Of a DNA stretch of 64,000 nucleotides, positions 18,767 through 27,197 are shown piece by piece. Made by a program: the position numbers and the translations under genes. Under the pieces are notes generated by a model. It was not told the DNA's origin, ran no database searches, and worked only from the letters and a program-made list of their open reading frames with translations. Each line of letters begins with the position of its first letter. The first letter of the stretch is position 1. Origin of the DNA: Bdellovibrionales bacterium. GTDB taxonomy: Bacteria; Bdellovibrionota; FAC87; UBA2466. The stretch is taken from assembly GCA_005776395.1 (NCBI GenBank), contig SXPJ01000048.1, forward strand, positions 24,211 through 88,210, written 5' to 3'.

Positions 18767-19712
18767 GAGGTAACTCTCTTTGCTGGCGTAATTTTTCAGT
18801 GGGCAAATCTCTAATAACGGCTCTTATCTCTTTGGGAACCTCTTGGAAGTTGGGTGAAAGCCGATAAAGAATCGCTGTCGCAAGCCATAATTCTGCCATA
18901 TCCTTATCTTTCGAGATTGAAGACACAGGAAAGAAAACCTCGCCTGAAGCTGTAGGTTGCAAAACCCTATCTAGTCTTTCAGAAAAGACTGCTACATCGG
19001 GAAAAAAACACCTAAAAGGCATTGGGTTAGCGGCAAAAAGCTGAAAGAGTTTATCAAAGTTTGGGATCTCAGTAAGCAATGAATAGAGTCCAGAGTAATT
19101 AAAATCTTTGCAGAACTCTTTTTCCAGAGACTCCCATTCGGTAATAATAGAATCGTCATCTCCATGAAGAATGATCCCATGGCTCTCAAGAAAATAGATT
19201 CCAGCATCTCCCTTGATCTGTTTCGAAAGAACCCAACCTGGACGACAGGCCTCTACAAAAATAGTTTCTCTTTGAGTGTTGTTTTTTAACCACCCGATGA
19301 CTCGAGTTCGATCCATGTTAAATTCGTGATAGAAAAGCAATGATGCTAAAGAGTGAAAGTGAAGAACATACTTTTTAGGTAACAAAGCATGAAAGCCGGT
19401 CTCCATTGAGGCCCTTCCAAGGCCGTCCCCTAGGAGAGTTGTTTCTTTAATTAGTTTCGCGTAATTTTCTTCGGCCTCTGATTCTTTCCAAGACTCACTT
19501 TTTAGAACCTGAGCCATGGTTTTGTAATCAACATGAGCTATCCCTGTATTTTCAGTGACTCTATCCAAACGAAAGCCGGTGGCTTTAATCCAAAGGGTAT
19601 TTTTATCCTCTTTGATTGAAATATTTCCTCCAGCCCCTTGAGTCCAGACTGGAATACGAGCGCCTATTTTTTGGCACAAATAGCTTAATTCTATTTCTAT
19701 TTTTTTAGTCAT
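18759..19712 (-). CDS. Class II aldolase/adducin-family protein (MtnB / AraD-like)
   Basis: GAGGNISIKEDKNTLWIKATG and HFHS motifs resemble the class II aldolase N-terminal fold and its zinc-binding His pair. Confidence 0.5.
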   Translation of the reverse strand: MTKKIEIELSYLCQKIGARIPVWTQGAGGNISIKEDKNTLWIKATGFRLDRVTENTGIAHVDYKTMAQVLKSESWKESEAEENYAKLIKETTLLGDGLGRASMETGFHALLPKKYVLHFHSLASLLFYHEFNMDRTRVIGWLKNNTQRETIFVEACRPGWVLSKQIKGDAGIYFLESHGIILHGDDDSIITEWESLEKEFCKDFNYSGLYSLLTEIPNFDKLFQLFAANPMPFRCFFPDVAVFSERLDRVLQPTASGEVFFPVSSISKDKDMAELWLATAILYRLSPNFQEVPKEIRAVIRDLPTEKLRQQRELPHG

Positions 19713-20389
19713 TGCAGTAACATTTCTAGTTCATTCAAAGAGTTGATTACTTTCACATCACTTGGAATGGTATCTTTTTGAATCAATTTTCTAAATTCTG
19801 TTGTCAAAACACTTTGCATTCCCAATTTCAGTGCTGGAGCTATATCAGTTTCTAAGCTGTCTCCCACCATCACGCACTCATTGGGTTTGCAACCTAACTT
19901 TTCAAGAGCAGATTGAAAAAGACTTAAGTGGGGTTTTTCCACCCCCATTTCTTCTGAGGTAATAATAGCAGGAAATAAACTCCCAGTAGGATCTATCACT
20001 CTTAGTTTAATCATCTGGGTTCTAATATTTTCATTAGTTAAAATTATTTTAGGCAATTTACCTAATCGTCCCTCAAAAAGTTTTTGGCGTTCCAAGCTTC
20101 TCCATTGCTCACCAATATGTTCAGCTATTTTTTTTTCATAGGCCTGCATCAGATCTAAAACTGCACCATGAGAATATTGATTATTTGTATCGAGTAACTG
20201 CTTGAAATAGAGAATTCGATTTCTAGCCCCCACATGCCCCTCTCCCAATCGAGACTTAATTATCTGACGCGCTATTAAAAATTCCTCAGAGAGGGGATCG
20301 ATTCCTATCGCTTTAAGAGCATAAGCATAGGCAGCCTCCGCGTCATAAAGCGTGTCATCTAAATCTAAAATAAGGCAGGTCTTTGTCAT
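19709..20389 (-). CDS. HAD-superfamily hydrolase/phosphatase
   Basis: ILDLDDTLYD (motif I DxDxT), later K and DD motifs. First gene of the operon. Confidence 0.8.
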   Translation of the reverse strand: MTKTCLILDLDDTLYDAEAAYAYALKAIGIDPLSEEFLIARQIIKSRLGEGHVGARNRILYFKQLLDTNNQYSHGAVLDLMQAYEKKIAEHIGEQWRSLERQKLFEGRLGKLPKIILTNENIRTQMIKLRVIDPTGSLFPAIITSEEMGVEKPHLSLFQSALEKLGCKPNECVMVGDSLETDIAPALKLGMQSVLTTEFRKLIQKDTIPSDVKVINSLNELEMLLQ

Positions 20390-20426
20390 CTTATAATTTT
20401 CCTAAAGCTTGCCGTAGGTAGCAAGC

Positions 20427-20476
20427 ACCAAAAGGTACCACCAAAAGGCACCAAAAGGTACGGCTTTACTTTGGGT
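20427..20476. repeat. CCAAAAGG motif array ending in a 26-nt direct repeat (copy 1 at 20451..20476)
   Basis: caccaaaaggtaccaccaaaaggcaccaaaaggtacggctttactttgggt. The last 26 nt recur at 21051..21076 (25/26 identical). Confidence 0.8.
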
Positions 20477-20513
20477 TGGACGCACCTCCCCACCATCCCC
20501 CCAAGATATGGTT

Positions 20514-20981
20514 TTACAATAACAGTATCGAAACAGGGTAACTAATCCCCTCTCCAATAGTTATAGCCTCTTTATCTTCACCGATTAAAATAAATCGGTT
20601 TATATTCAGGGCAGTTCCAAGGAACTTATGCTCCTCTTTCTTCAGACCTCTTCCCTTTAAAGGTAGGACAATTTCAATACGATCGACTATCGCTTCAGGA
20701 ATTAAGTACTGCATCTGACGAAGCCCAGACTTAAGTTGCTCTAGGGCCTTAGTTACCAAACGTTCCTCTAATTTGAACTTAACCTCCCGGAGACGAAACA
20801 GAGTTCTATTTCCAATAGAGGTAGAACTAAAGAGATCGGGCAGGGACAATCCTTTTCCTAAACAAATATCGGTTTTGTAAGAGGGATTAAGATACTGAGC
20901 AAGTTGCTTGTCTCCAACTGAAAGAAATACCTCCCCTTCAGTCACTCTTAAAATATCAGCACAATAGGCTTCAGGGTTCAA
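20514..20981 (-). CDS. Hypothetical protein, flanked by 26-nt direct repeats
   Basis: 155-aa ORF with no recognisable domain. Confidence 0.45.
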   Translation of the reverse strand: MNPEAYCADILRVTEGEVFLSVGDKQLAQYLNPSYKTDICLGKGLSLPDLFSSTSIGNRTLFRLREVKFKLEERLVTKALEQLKSGLRQMQYLIPEAIVDRIEIVLPLKGRGLKKEEHKFLGTALNINRFILIGEDKEAITIGEGISYPVSILLL

Positions 20982-21050
20982 AGATCTCTCTCCTCACTAA
21001 TAATTGGGGCTAAGTTAAAGATGACATAAGGATTTTAATAAGTGAATATA

Positions 21051-21122
21051 CCAAAAGGTATGGCTTTACTTTGGGTAGTCCCGCCAAAAGTAAAGCCATA
21101 CCTTTTGATACCTTTTGGTACC
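21051..21122. repeat. Direct repeat copy 2 folded into a ~23-bp hairpin, plus a further CCTTTTGG copy
   Basis: ccaaaaggtatggctttactttgg - gtagtcccg - ccaaaagtaaagccataccttttg, then ataccttttggtacc. Confidence 0.8.
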
Positions 21123-21124
21123 TT

Positions 21125-22327
21125 ATGCCTGTAGTGCCCATTACCGCCAGCCCCCATGTCTTTTATATTCGCCCTGCTCCAGGTTGGTTGGAGTTGCTTC
21201 ATGAAGAGGTCATTTCTTTAGTTAAAACCCCTCTTCAAAAGTATAAGTTCGAACCTAAAATCACACTTTTAAAAGGAACTGTAAAACTTCACCGCTGCGA
21301 TTGGCGTCAGGGTTTAGAGATCATGCTTAGACTTACCACGGCTCACGATGTGGAGTGGATGATTCTAGAGTCTAAATGCAACCAGTGGACTGAGGTCGAT
21401 GCCATTTTAAATAGAGTCCCCTGGAATGACATTCTTCCCAATAGAGAGATTCCCATTCATGTCACTGCCGATGTTTCAAATGGATTTACCACCGCATCAG
21501 GAAAACTTCGGGAAAATCTTTGTCGGATTGCTAAGGTTAATCATGTCTCTGAAGGAGGGGTTCTCCGATTCAAAATTGAGTTACGATCAGATTTTTTGAG
21601 AATATCGGTAAGCCTTTGTGGAGATCCCTTATACAAACGTGGCTATAAGGCGAAATTACTGGCGACAGCGCCACTTCCAGAACATCAAGCCGCAGCTTGC
21701 ACCCGATGGGTATTGGCCGGTGTCGAACCAACTCATCCCGTGAGCTCTGTTTTTATCCCCTTTGCGGGTTCGGGAACATTTGGATTTGAATCTCTCATTG
21801 TTCTTTCTGGAGCTGGACCTGGAGCCTTTTTAAGGCAGTTCTCATGCGATATATTCCCCTGCACCTCAGAAGCCACAATGCGCTTTTTAAGACGGAAAAT
21901 TTCAGAGAAACTTACCTCAACCCCACACCCACGGCTTCTATTTAATGAATTAAATTCGGATGCCGCTTCAACTCTCAAAGAGAACGCAGCCGCATTTTCA
22001 ATAAATTCCAAATTTGAAATCATTGAAGGGGATATTTTTGAAATTCAGCCCAACTTTTCCCCAGAGGGAAACATCCTAATCTTATTAAACCCACCCTATG
22101 GAAACAGACTCGCAAAAAACTCCTCTATTTCAGCTCTCTACAATCGCCTTGGAATCTATATTCAAAAACTCTCAGAGAGTTATTCAGGTCGAATCATTGG
22201 AGGTTGTATTTGTCCAGATGCTCATTCTTGGCGGAGTTTTCTCAATGGGCTTAAAACCCCAACCCAGGAAACCCATCACTTTACCCATGGAGGGAAAGAG
22301 ATGCGCCTAGTACGATGGCAAGGATAA
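21125..22327 (+). CDS. THUMP-domain RNA (guanine-N2) methyltransferase, RlmL-like
   Basis: FAGSGTFGFESLIV (SAM motif I-like) and LNPPYGNRL (motif IV NPPY) in the expected order. The track start at 21071 is TTG inside the hairpin repeat; ATG at 21125 is preferred. Confidence 0.6.
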   Translation: MPVVPITASPHVFYIRPAPGWLELLHEEVISLVKTPLQKYKFEPKITLLKGTVKLHRCDWRQGLEIMLRLTTAHDVEWMILESKCNQWTEVDAILNRVPWNDILPNREIPIHVTADVSNGFTTASGKLRENLCRIAKVNHVSEGGVLRFKIELRSDFLRISVSLCGDPLYKRGYKAKLLATAPLPEHQAAACTRWVLAGVEPTHPVSSVFIPFAGSGTFGFESLIVLSGAGPGAFLRQFSCDIFPCTSEATMRFLRRKISEKLTSTPHPRLLFNELNSDAASTLKENAAAFSINSKFEIIEGDIFEIQPNFSPEGNILILLNPPYGNRLAKNSSISALYNRLGIYIQKLSESYSGRIIGGCICPDAHSWRSFLNGLKTPTQETHHFTHGGKEMRLVRWQG

Positions 22328-22695
22328 AATTTATTATGACAGATAGTAAACTTATCTTTTCAACTGATCCTAAGTTAAATCAAAAATGTCCCAAATGCCG
22401 AGAGCTACTAATCTACTGTAAATGTGAAGTTGAAATCAAACTTAAATCCTCTAACTTCATCGCTCTATTACGTATAGAAAAAGCCGGTCGCTCAGGAAAA
22501 ACTGTCACAGTCATAGATAATCTACCCAAGATTAATGTCTTTCTAAAAGATTTAACTAAGGAGCTAAAAAACCGGTGTGGTTCTGGCGGAACCTACAGTC
22601 TCGAAAACAAAGAGGGTAAAATAGAAATTCAAGGGGATAAAAGAGAGCTTATTAGAACTTTGCTTTCAGCTCGAGGCATTCGAACCCAAGGTTAA
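22315..22695 (+). CDS. yciH: Translation initiation factor SUI1-family protein YciH
   Basis: GRSGKTVTVIDNL...LKNRCGSGGTY...IEIQGDKRE matches the SUI1/YciH pattern. Confidence 0.75.
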   Translation: MARIKFIMTDSKLIFSTDPKLNQKCPKCRELLIYCKCEVEIKLKSSNFIALLRIEKAGRSGKTVTVIDNLPKINVFLKDLTKELKNRCGSGGTYSLENKEGKIEIQGDKRELIRTLLSARGIRTQG

Positions 22696-22923
22696 TGATT
22701 TTAGACTAAAATAAAAATAACGGGTCTGGCTACAAAAACTAGAATTACTTTCTTTGAATTATTTAAATTAAATCAATAAGTTATAATTACCCATTAAGCG
22801 TCTTAAAATTCAATTTTATCCCCCCCTATTTGATTCGTATTGCGTTCCATTTGGAAACCCCCACAAAACATTCGCAATTTTTCTTCGCTTTTAATCAGCC
22901 CCAAGGAACTCTATAGTAAAAAG

Positions 22924-23313
22924 ATGAGACCTTTACGAGTAACGCGAAAGCCACTGGACCCTGAGTTTCAAAAAACAGAAGTTCTTCGCATCTCTCAGCT
23001 TATTTCATCAACTGTTCATCCTTTAGCGATTTATAGTTTTGGTTCGGCAGCGGAAAATAAAGCCACGGATCAATCCGATTTTGATTTTTTAATAGTAGTA
23101 GAAGATTCTGAAAATTTGACTAAGGCAAGAATCAAATTGAGAAAGCTCATGCCTCTATCTCAATTCCCAGTTGATCTTATTTGGAAAAAAAGAACAGAGT
23201 TTTTAACCCAACGAGAGATAGGTGGGATTGCTTGGGTTGTCTGGGAAGATGGTAACTGTACTTTTCATACTAACTCCAAGGAGTTTATCAATGACAAAAA
23301 AACGAAAATTTAA
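22924..23313 (+). CDS. Minimal nucleotidyltransferase (MntA-like antitoxin) of an MNT-HEPN pair
   Basis: IYSFGSAAENKATDQSDFDFLIVVE is the GS...SD.D nucleotidyltransferase signature. Confidence 0.7.
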   Translation: MRPLRVTRKPLDPEFQKTEVLRISQLISSTVHPLAIYSFGSAAENKATDQSDFDFLIVVEDSENLTKARIKLRKLMPLSQFPVDLIWKKRTEFLTQREIGGIAWVVWEDGNCTFHTNSKEFINDKKTKI

Positions 23314-23689
23314 AAAAGAATATTCTGTGGAGTTACTTCGAATTGCCGAGGGAGATCTGCAGACTGCTAGAGGCCTTATTCAAGTTAAGATGGGAAGACG
23401 GGAGAATATTTTTTTCCATCTAGAGCAAGCCATAGAAAAGGCTCTCAAAGCAGTTCTCTGCTCACGAGAAATTGCGACTCCTTTTGTTCATGAAATGGGA
23501 ATTGTATTAGAGCTATTTCCAGCCGACTTAGAAGTTCCTCGTTCTGAGGAGATGTTAGATTTAGGACAGTTTGCTACTATTCGTCGTTATGAGGAAGATA
23601 TTGCTGATCTCACGGATGAAGAGGTTCAGGCTACTCTTGATTTAGCTGTTCAAACCTTGGATTGGGCTAAAAATAATTTGGGAAAATAG
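23291..23689 (+). CDS. HEPN-domain protein (HepT-like toxin)
   Basis: RRENIFFH R-x(4-6)-H motif inside a helical HEPN-like region. Overlaps the MNT gene by 23 nt. Confidence 0.7.
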   Translation: MTKKRKFKKEYSVELLRIAEGDLQTARGLIQVKMGRRENIFFHLEQAIEKALKAVLCSREIATPFVHEMGIVLELFPADLEVPRSEEMLDLGQFATIRRYEEDIADLTDEEVQATLDLAVQTLDWAKNNLGK

Positions 23690-23758
23690 TCCTGATTTTA
23701 AGTAGTAACGTTTCGCGATAGTTCGGTTCTTTATAAATAACGGCTAGAGGACTAGCCA

Positions 23759-24100
23759 TCACTCGAGGGCTTTGCATAATTTGTAAAGGTGACGAGCGAG
23801 TTTGTCCGTGATTTCATTCAATTCAGCGTTATGAATCTCAAGTAATTGAAGAGCTCCTATACTTTCACGAAAACTGCCAAGAGCAATACGGTAGAATCTT
23901 GCTCTGTCTTTGGGACTGGGTTTAGCCGAGCCACTTCTGCAGATAGGCGAAGGTTCTTCCAGATCGCTTTTGGGAGTCACAGAGAAGTACAAGCCATTAT
24001 TCAACTTGAACCTGATGAATTTAACGAAAAGGAACGAGATACTTTGGACCCTCTAGCTGCCAGCGTCTTCAAACTCTTGCGCAATTGCCTGGCGCCTTGA
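23759..24100. pseudogene. Two overlapping, oppositely oriented C-terminal fragments of four-helix-bundle (PF05635 / Avd-like) genes
   Basis: Minus ORF: ...KDRARFYRIALGSFRESIGALQLL. Plus ORF: ...ADRRRFFQIAFGSHREVQAIIQL...SVFKLLRNCLAP*. Both match the C-terminal half of PF05635 (f.~fL.iA.GS..E). The N-terminal halves are absent. Confidence 0.45.
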
Positions 24101-24150
24101 CCGCAACCCGGTATGCCGGTTTTGCTGCAATGCCGAAATCAGATATCAGC
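24062..24150. repeat. Repeat R1, copy a (inverted copy at 39950..40038, ~90% identity)
   Basis: The reverse complement aligns with 39950..40038. Corresponds to the 3' end of the four-helix-bundle gene plus ~50 nt downstream. Confidence 0.8.
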
Positions 24151-24252
24151 TAGGCGGGGACATACAAATAAAAGAAAGAGCGCGATAGATCTGTGACCCG
24201 TTACAAATAAAAAAGAGCCTAGCTATCAAGCCAACCCCTTTTCAAACTTCTC

Positions 24253-25452
24253 TTAAGGAATATCCATCCTAACTTTTCCAGCAGCAATCGGTTTAGCGGC
24301 AAACTTAACTTTCAACTCATCGGGTCCGTTACATGCCATTTCAGTTGCTTTAGAGAACTTAAAAGCGTTGATATTGTTAACGCAAGCTTCTAATGGCCCT
24401 TCAATAAGCAAAGTACCGTCCGAATTTTCAACGTGAAGCCATACCTCTTCTGCATCAATCACAAGATCTTTAACGCACTCTCCACCTTTAAGAGTAGACC
24501 AGCCTTTTGAAATTACCTGTCCACTGAATTCAGCATCTTTCCAAGCAATAGCAACAAGAATACTATTTTCTTCACTTCGAGAGTTGCAAATGTCCATCAT
24601 TGAACGAGCTACATAAGCTTCATTAGTTTTAAAATGATGCCCATATTCTCCAGAGGTCGGAAGTGCCTCTTTTTGGAAATACTCCATTTTCAATTTATTT
24701 AACGAACAGTCCATAATTTCAGCATCTGGATGATTAAACCCATCATAATCATTGGTGCACAAGGGGACATTACCTCGCCATTTATGAGATCCATTAGATG
24801 AAGTAGCGAAATAGAGAATTTCACTAGCCTCCTCTTTTCGATCTACCTCAAAACATTTTCCAGGTTTAGCCATCAACCAACCATTGACTGTGGTTTTAGC
24901 ATCGCTCGATCTCTTTTGGGCAGACGAAATAAAAATATCTTCCGAGGTATCATTACAAAACTTTACACCCCCTCCTACCTTAGTCGCATCGGAAAGTTTA
25001 AATTCGATCTTAGGAATTTCTTCTCCTGTGGCAGTTCTTAAATTAGCTATTGAAAACTCTTTAAAGGGCCTAATCTCCTGTTCCGATTCATTACAGGAAA
25101 TCGTACCCGCATTCTCTAAGTTATAAATATCGACTGTGTTTATACAAAGCTTGGTCTCACCTAGCCATTGATATATTTTAGAGAATGATTGGGCGTAAAC
25201 TAGAATTTTATCCCCTGATATTGGAAATGACAGCTCTGAGCATTTATTCGGTTCAATTCCCCACCAACCTCGAGCCATTAAATTGGCATTCTCATCTGGC
25301 TTATAAGCTACTGAAATAAATATTTTTCCTTCATCTCTATTGCAAAAATTTATCTTTGTTTCAATGTTAGAGTCTGTTGTTGCAGCCAGTAACAGAGGAG
25401 TATAAAACCCCACACCAAGAAGCGCCAATCCAAAGACAATCTTTTTTTTCAT
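24253..25452 (-). CDS. Exported protein with three Cys-bracketed ~110-aa repeats (DUF1036-like, tentative)
   Basis: Signal peptide MKKKIVFGLALLGVGF. Recurring C..D...IFISVAY....ARGWW.I.P.KC modules. Confidence 0.5.
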   Translation of the reverse strand: MKKKIVFGLALLGVGFYTPLLLAATTDSNIETKINFCNRDEGKIFISVAYKPDENANLMARGWWGIEPNKCSELSFPISGDKILVYAQSFSKIYQWLGETKLCINTVDIYNLENAGTISCNESEQEIRPFKEFSIANLRTATGEEIPKIEFKLSDATKVGGGVKFCNDTSEDIFISSAQKRSSDAKTTVNGWLMAKPGKCFEVDRKEEASEILYFATSSNGSHKWRGNVPLCTNDYDGFNHPDAEIMDCSLNKLKMEYFQKEALPTSGEYGHHFKTNEAYVARSMMDICNSRSEENSILVAIAWKDAEFSGQVISKGWSTLKGGECVKDLVIDAEEVWLHVENSDGTLLIEGPLEACVNNINAFKFSKATEMACNGPDELKVKFAAKPIAAGKVRMDIP

Positions 25453-25571
25453 GGTTAAACTCCCCAATAAAAATAGTTAAAACGACTCTAGAGAGAGGAG
25501 TAAAGCAAGCTGCATGCCATTTGAATTTTATTTTTATAACTGATAAAGAAAGGCTCGATTTTCCACTTCAT

Positions 25572-26066
25572 CTATCGAGAATTATATTTGTCGGCATCCA
25601 CATTAACTGGAACACCAATCCCCTGCCATTTTGTCGTTTGATAGCCCTCATTTCTCTTCTTTTCAGAGGTCACTACCACATCGACGAGAGCGTTAAAATT
25701 AGACTGAGCCGCAAAAAAAGCTAACCTCATAATTATTTCATTTCGGTCATCGCAATTAGTAACCTTAATCGGTTTCTCAGTTCGCCTAATAAGTCGAGTT
25801 TCCTCTCCTTGGCTTTTAGAAAAAATAAAAACCTCTTTAGCCCGCGTCATAACTTCACGATAAGATTCCAGGGCAGGAGCTACCTTTTCATCAAAACAGG
25901 ATCCACAATATTTTCGATAGGAAAGTTCCTTAGGAATTACTTCTAAAAAAGAGAAGCTCTCTTTTTTTAGTTTCTGTATGCAGTTCTTACATTGAATTGC
26001 AAAACAACATTCACACTTTAAAATACCCTTAGGTAATCGACATGATGAACAGACCGAGTTTTCCAT
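25572..26066 (-). CDS. YbjQ/UPF0145-like domain protein with N-terminal Cys-rich zinc ribbon (tentative)
   Basis: CSSC...CECC..CKNC, then a C-terminal region resembling UPF0145 (..AQSNFNALVDVVV..). Confidence 0.4.
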   Translation of the reverse strand: MENSVCSSCRLPKGILKCECCFAIQCKNCIQKLKKESFSFLEVIPKELSYRKYCGSCFDEKVAPALESYREVMTRAKEVFIFSKSQGEETRLIRRTEKPIKVTNCDDRNEIIMRLAFFAAQSNFNALVDVVVTSEKKRNEGYQTTKWQGIGVPVNVDADKYNSR

Positions 26067-26152
26067 GGTGAAGCCAGTACCACAATTAAAACAAACAATG
26101 GAGTCTTTTAATCAAAAAACTCAAAAACCCATCCCAGGCTCACTTTTCTACT

Positions 26153-26566
26153 CTAATTAAACGAAGAAAATCCAGCGCTCGCACTGCAAATAGCCTGTCC
26201 AGAGGGACTTTCTATGCTGATCTTTTGAGTAAATGCCAAAAACTTACGATCCACCAGCCCCTCTGCCTCAACAAATATTTGATTTTCCCCTTTTGGAAAG
26301 CTTTTCTCGACTTTGAAATCTCCCATAACTCCATAAAGCCCAAACTGTGTCAGGCCGTGCAGGAATCCAGTTTTGTTTTTATTCTGATAATTGAGAACAG
26401 CTGTAGTTCCCCCCATCCCAGTCAAAATAAAGTTAGCATTATATTGAGACACCTGAAAAATCTGGTCACAGATCCCACCCGATGAATGAATTTCAGAAAA
26501 CTCTCCGCTATAAATTTGAGAGTAACTCGCAAACGACAAAACTAGAGCAAAGAAAATAACCTTCAT
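26153..26566 (-). CDS. Small exported protein, paralog of 26586..27089
   Basis: Signal peptide from MKVIFFALVL (ATG 26566). The GGICDQ motif parallels DGCGLGWQ in the neighbour. Confidence 0.45.
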   Translation of the reverse strand: MKVIFFALVLSFASYSQIYSGEFSEIHSSGGICDQIFQVSQYNANFILTGMGGTTAVLNYQNKNKTGFLHGLTQFGLYGVMGDFKVEKSFPKGENQIFVEAEGLVDRKFLAFTQKISIESPSGQAICSASAGFSSFN

Positions 26567-26585
26567 AAAACCTCCACAATCTATC

Positions 26586-27089
26586 TTAAACGCCACAAGA
26601 AGCTGATAGTTCAGGATCCTGTGCGATCTGAGTTTTTACATTTTTATACATTTGAACTGCAGAATCGTTCTCTCGAATGATTTCAGAGTATTTAGATTGA
26701 ATCCTACGTCCCAAGGTGACTACATCACTGCAGCCTAGCGCCTGAGCAAATCCAGCTACATACTCCCCTTCCCCTTTTGCTAACTCAATAGATAAATTTT
26801 CTTGGTTAGCAAGTGCAAAGGTAATTCCAGCCTCTTCATTTTTAGCAAAATTGTGTTTATCGCATCCCATAGTTCCAAAGCTCATTCCAAACGAGGGGGG
26901 AAGAAAGGCATTGGTAGTTCCACGAGTTGTGGTAGCTAAAAAACTTTTCTTCTGAGTTATCTGCCAACCTAAACCACAGCCATCAGTTCCTACATCATTC
27001 ATTCCTAGAGTGCTTTTTGCCGCAGCTGCCATGGAGAGGGTTGGGAGTAGAGCTAAAAAACTCACGACTAACGTTAATACGTATTTCAT
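26586..27089 (-). CDS. Small exported protein (DUF3015-like, tentative)
   Basis: Signal peptide. GMNDVGTDGCGLGWQ resembles the N-terminal signature recalled for DUF3015. Confidence 0.45.
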   Translation of the reverse strand: MKYVLTLVVSFLALLPTLSMAAAAKSTLGMNDVGTDGCGLGWQITQKKSFLATTTRGTTNAFLPPSFGMSFGTMGCDKHNFAKNEEAGITFALANQENLSIELAKGEGEYVAGFAQALGCSDVVTLGRRIQSKYSEIIRENDSAVQMYKNVKTQIAQDPELSASCGV

Positions 27090-27197
27090 ATTTATCCTTT
27101 CAGCGATAATAAAACACTTTTACTTCATTCTTAGAATTATAAATAAAAAAAGGGGAAAGTATATTTGAGTTTTATACCATGGTCATTTTACGGAAAA

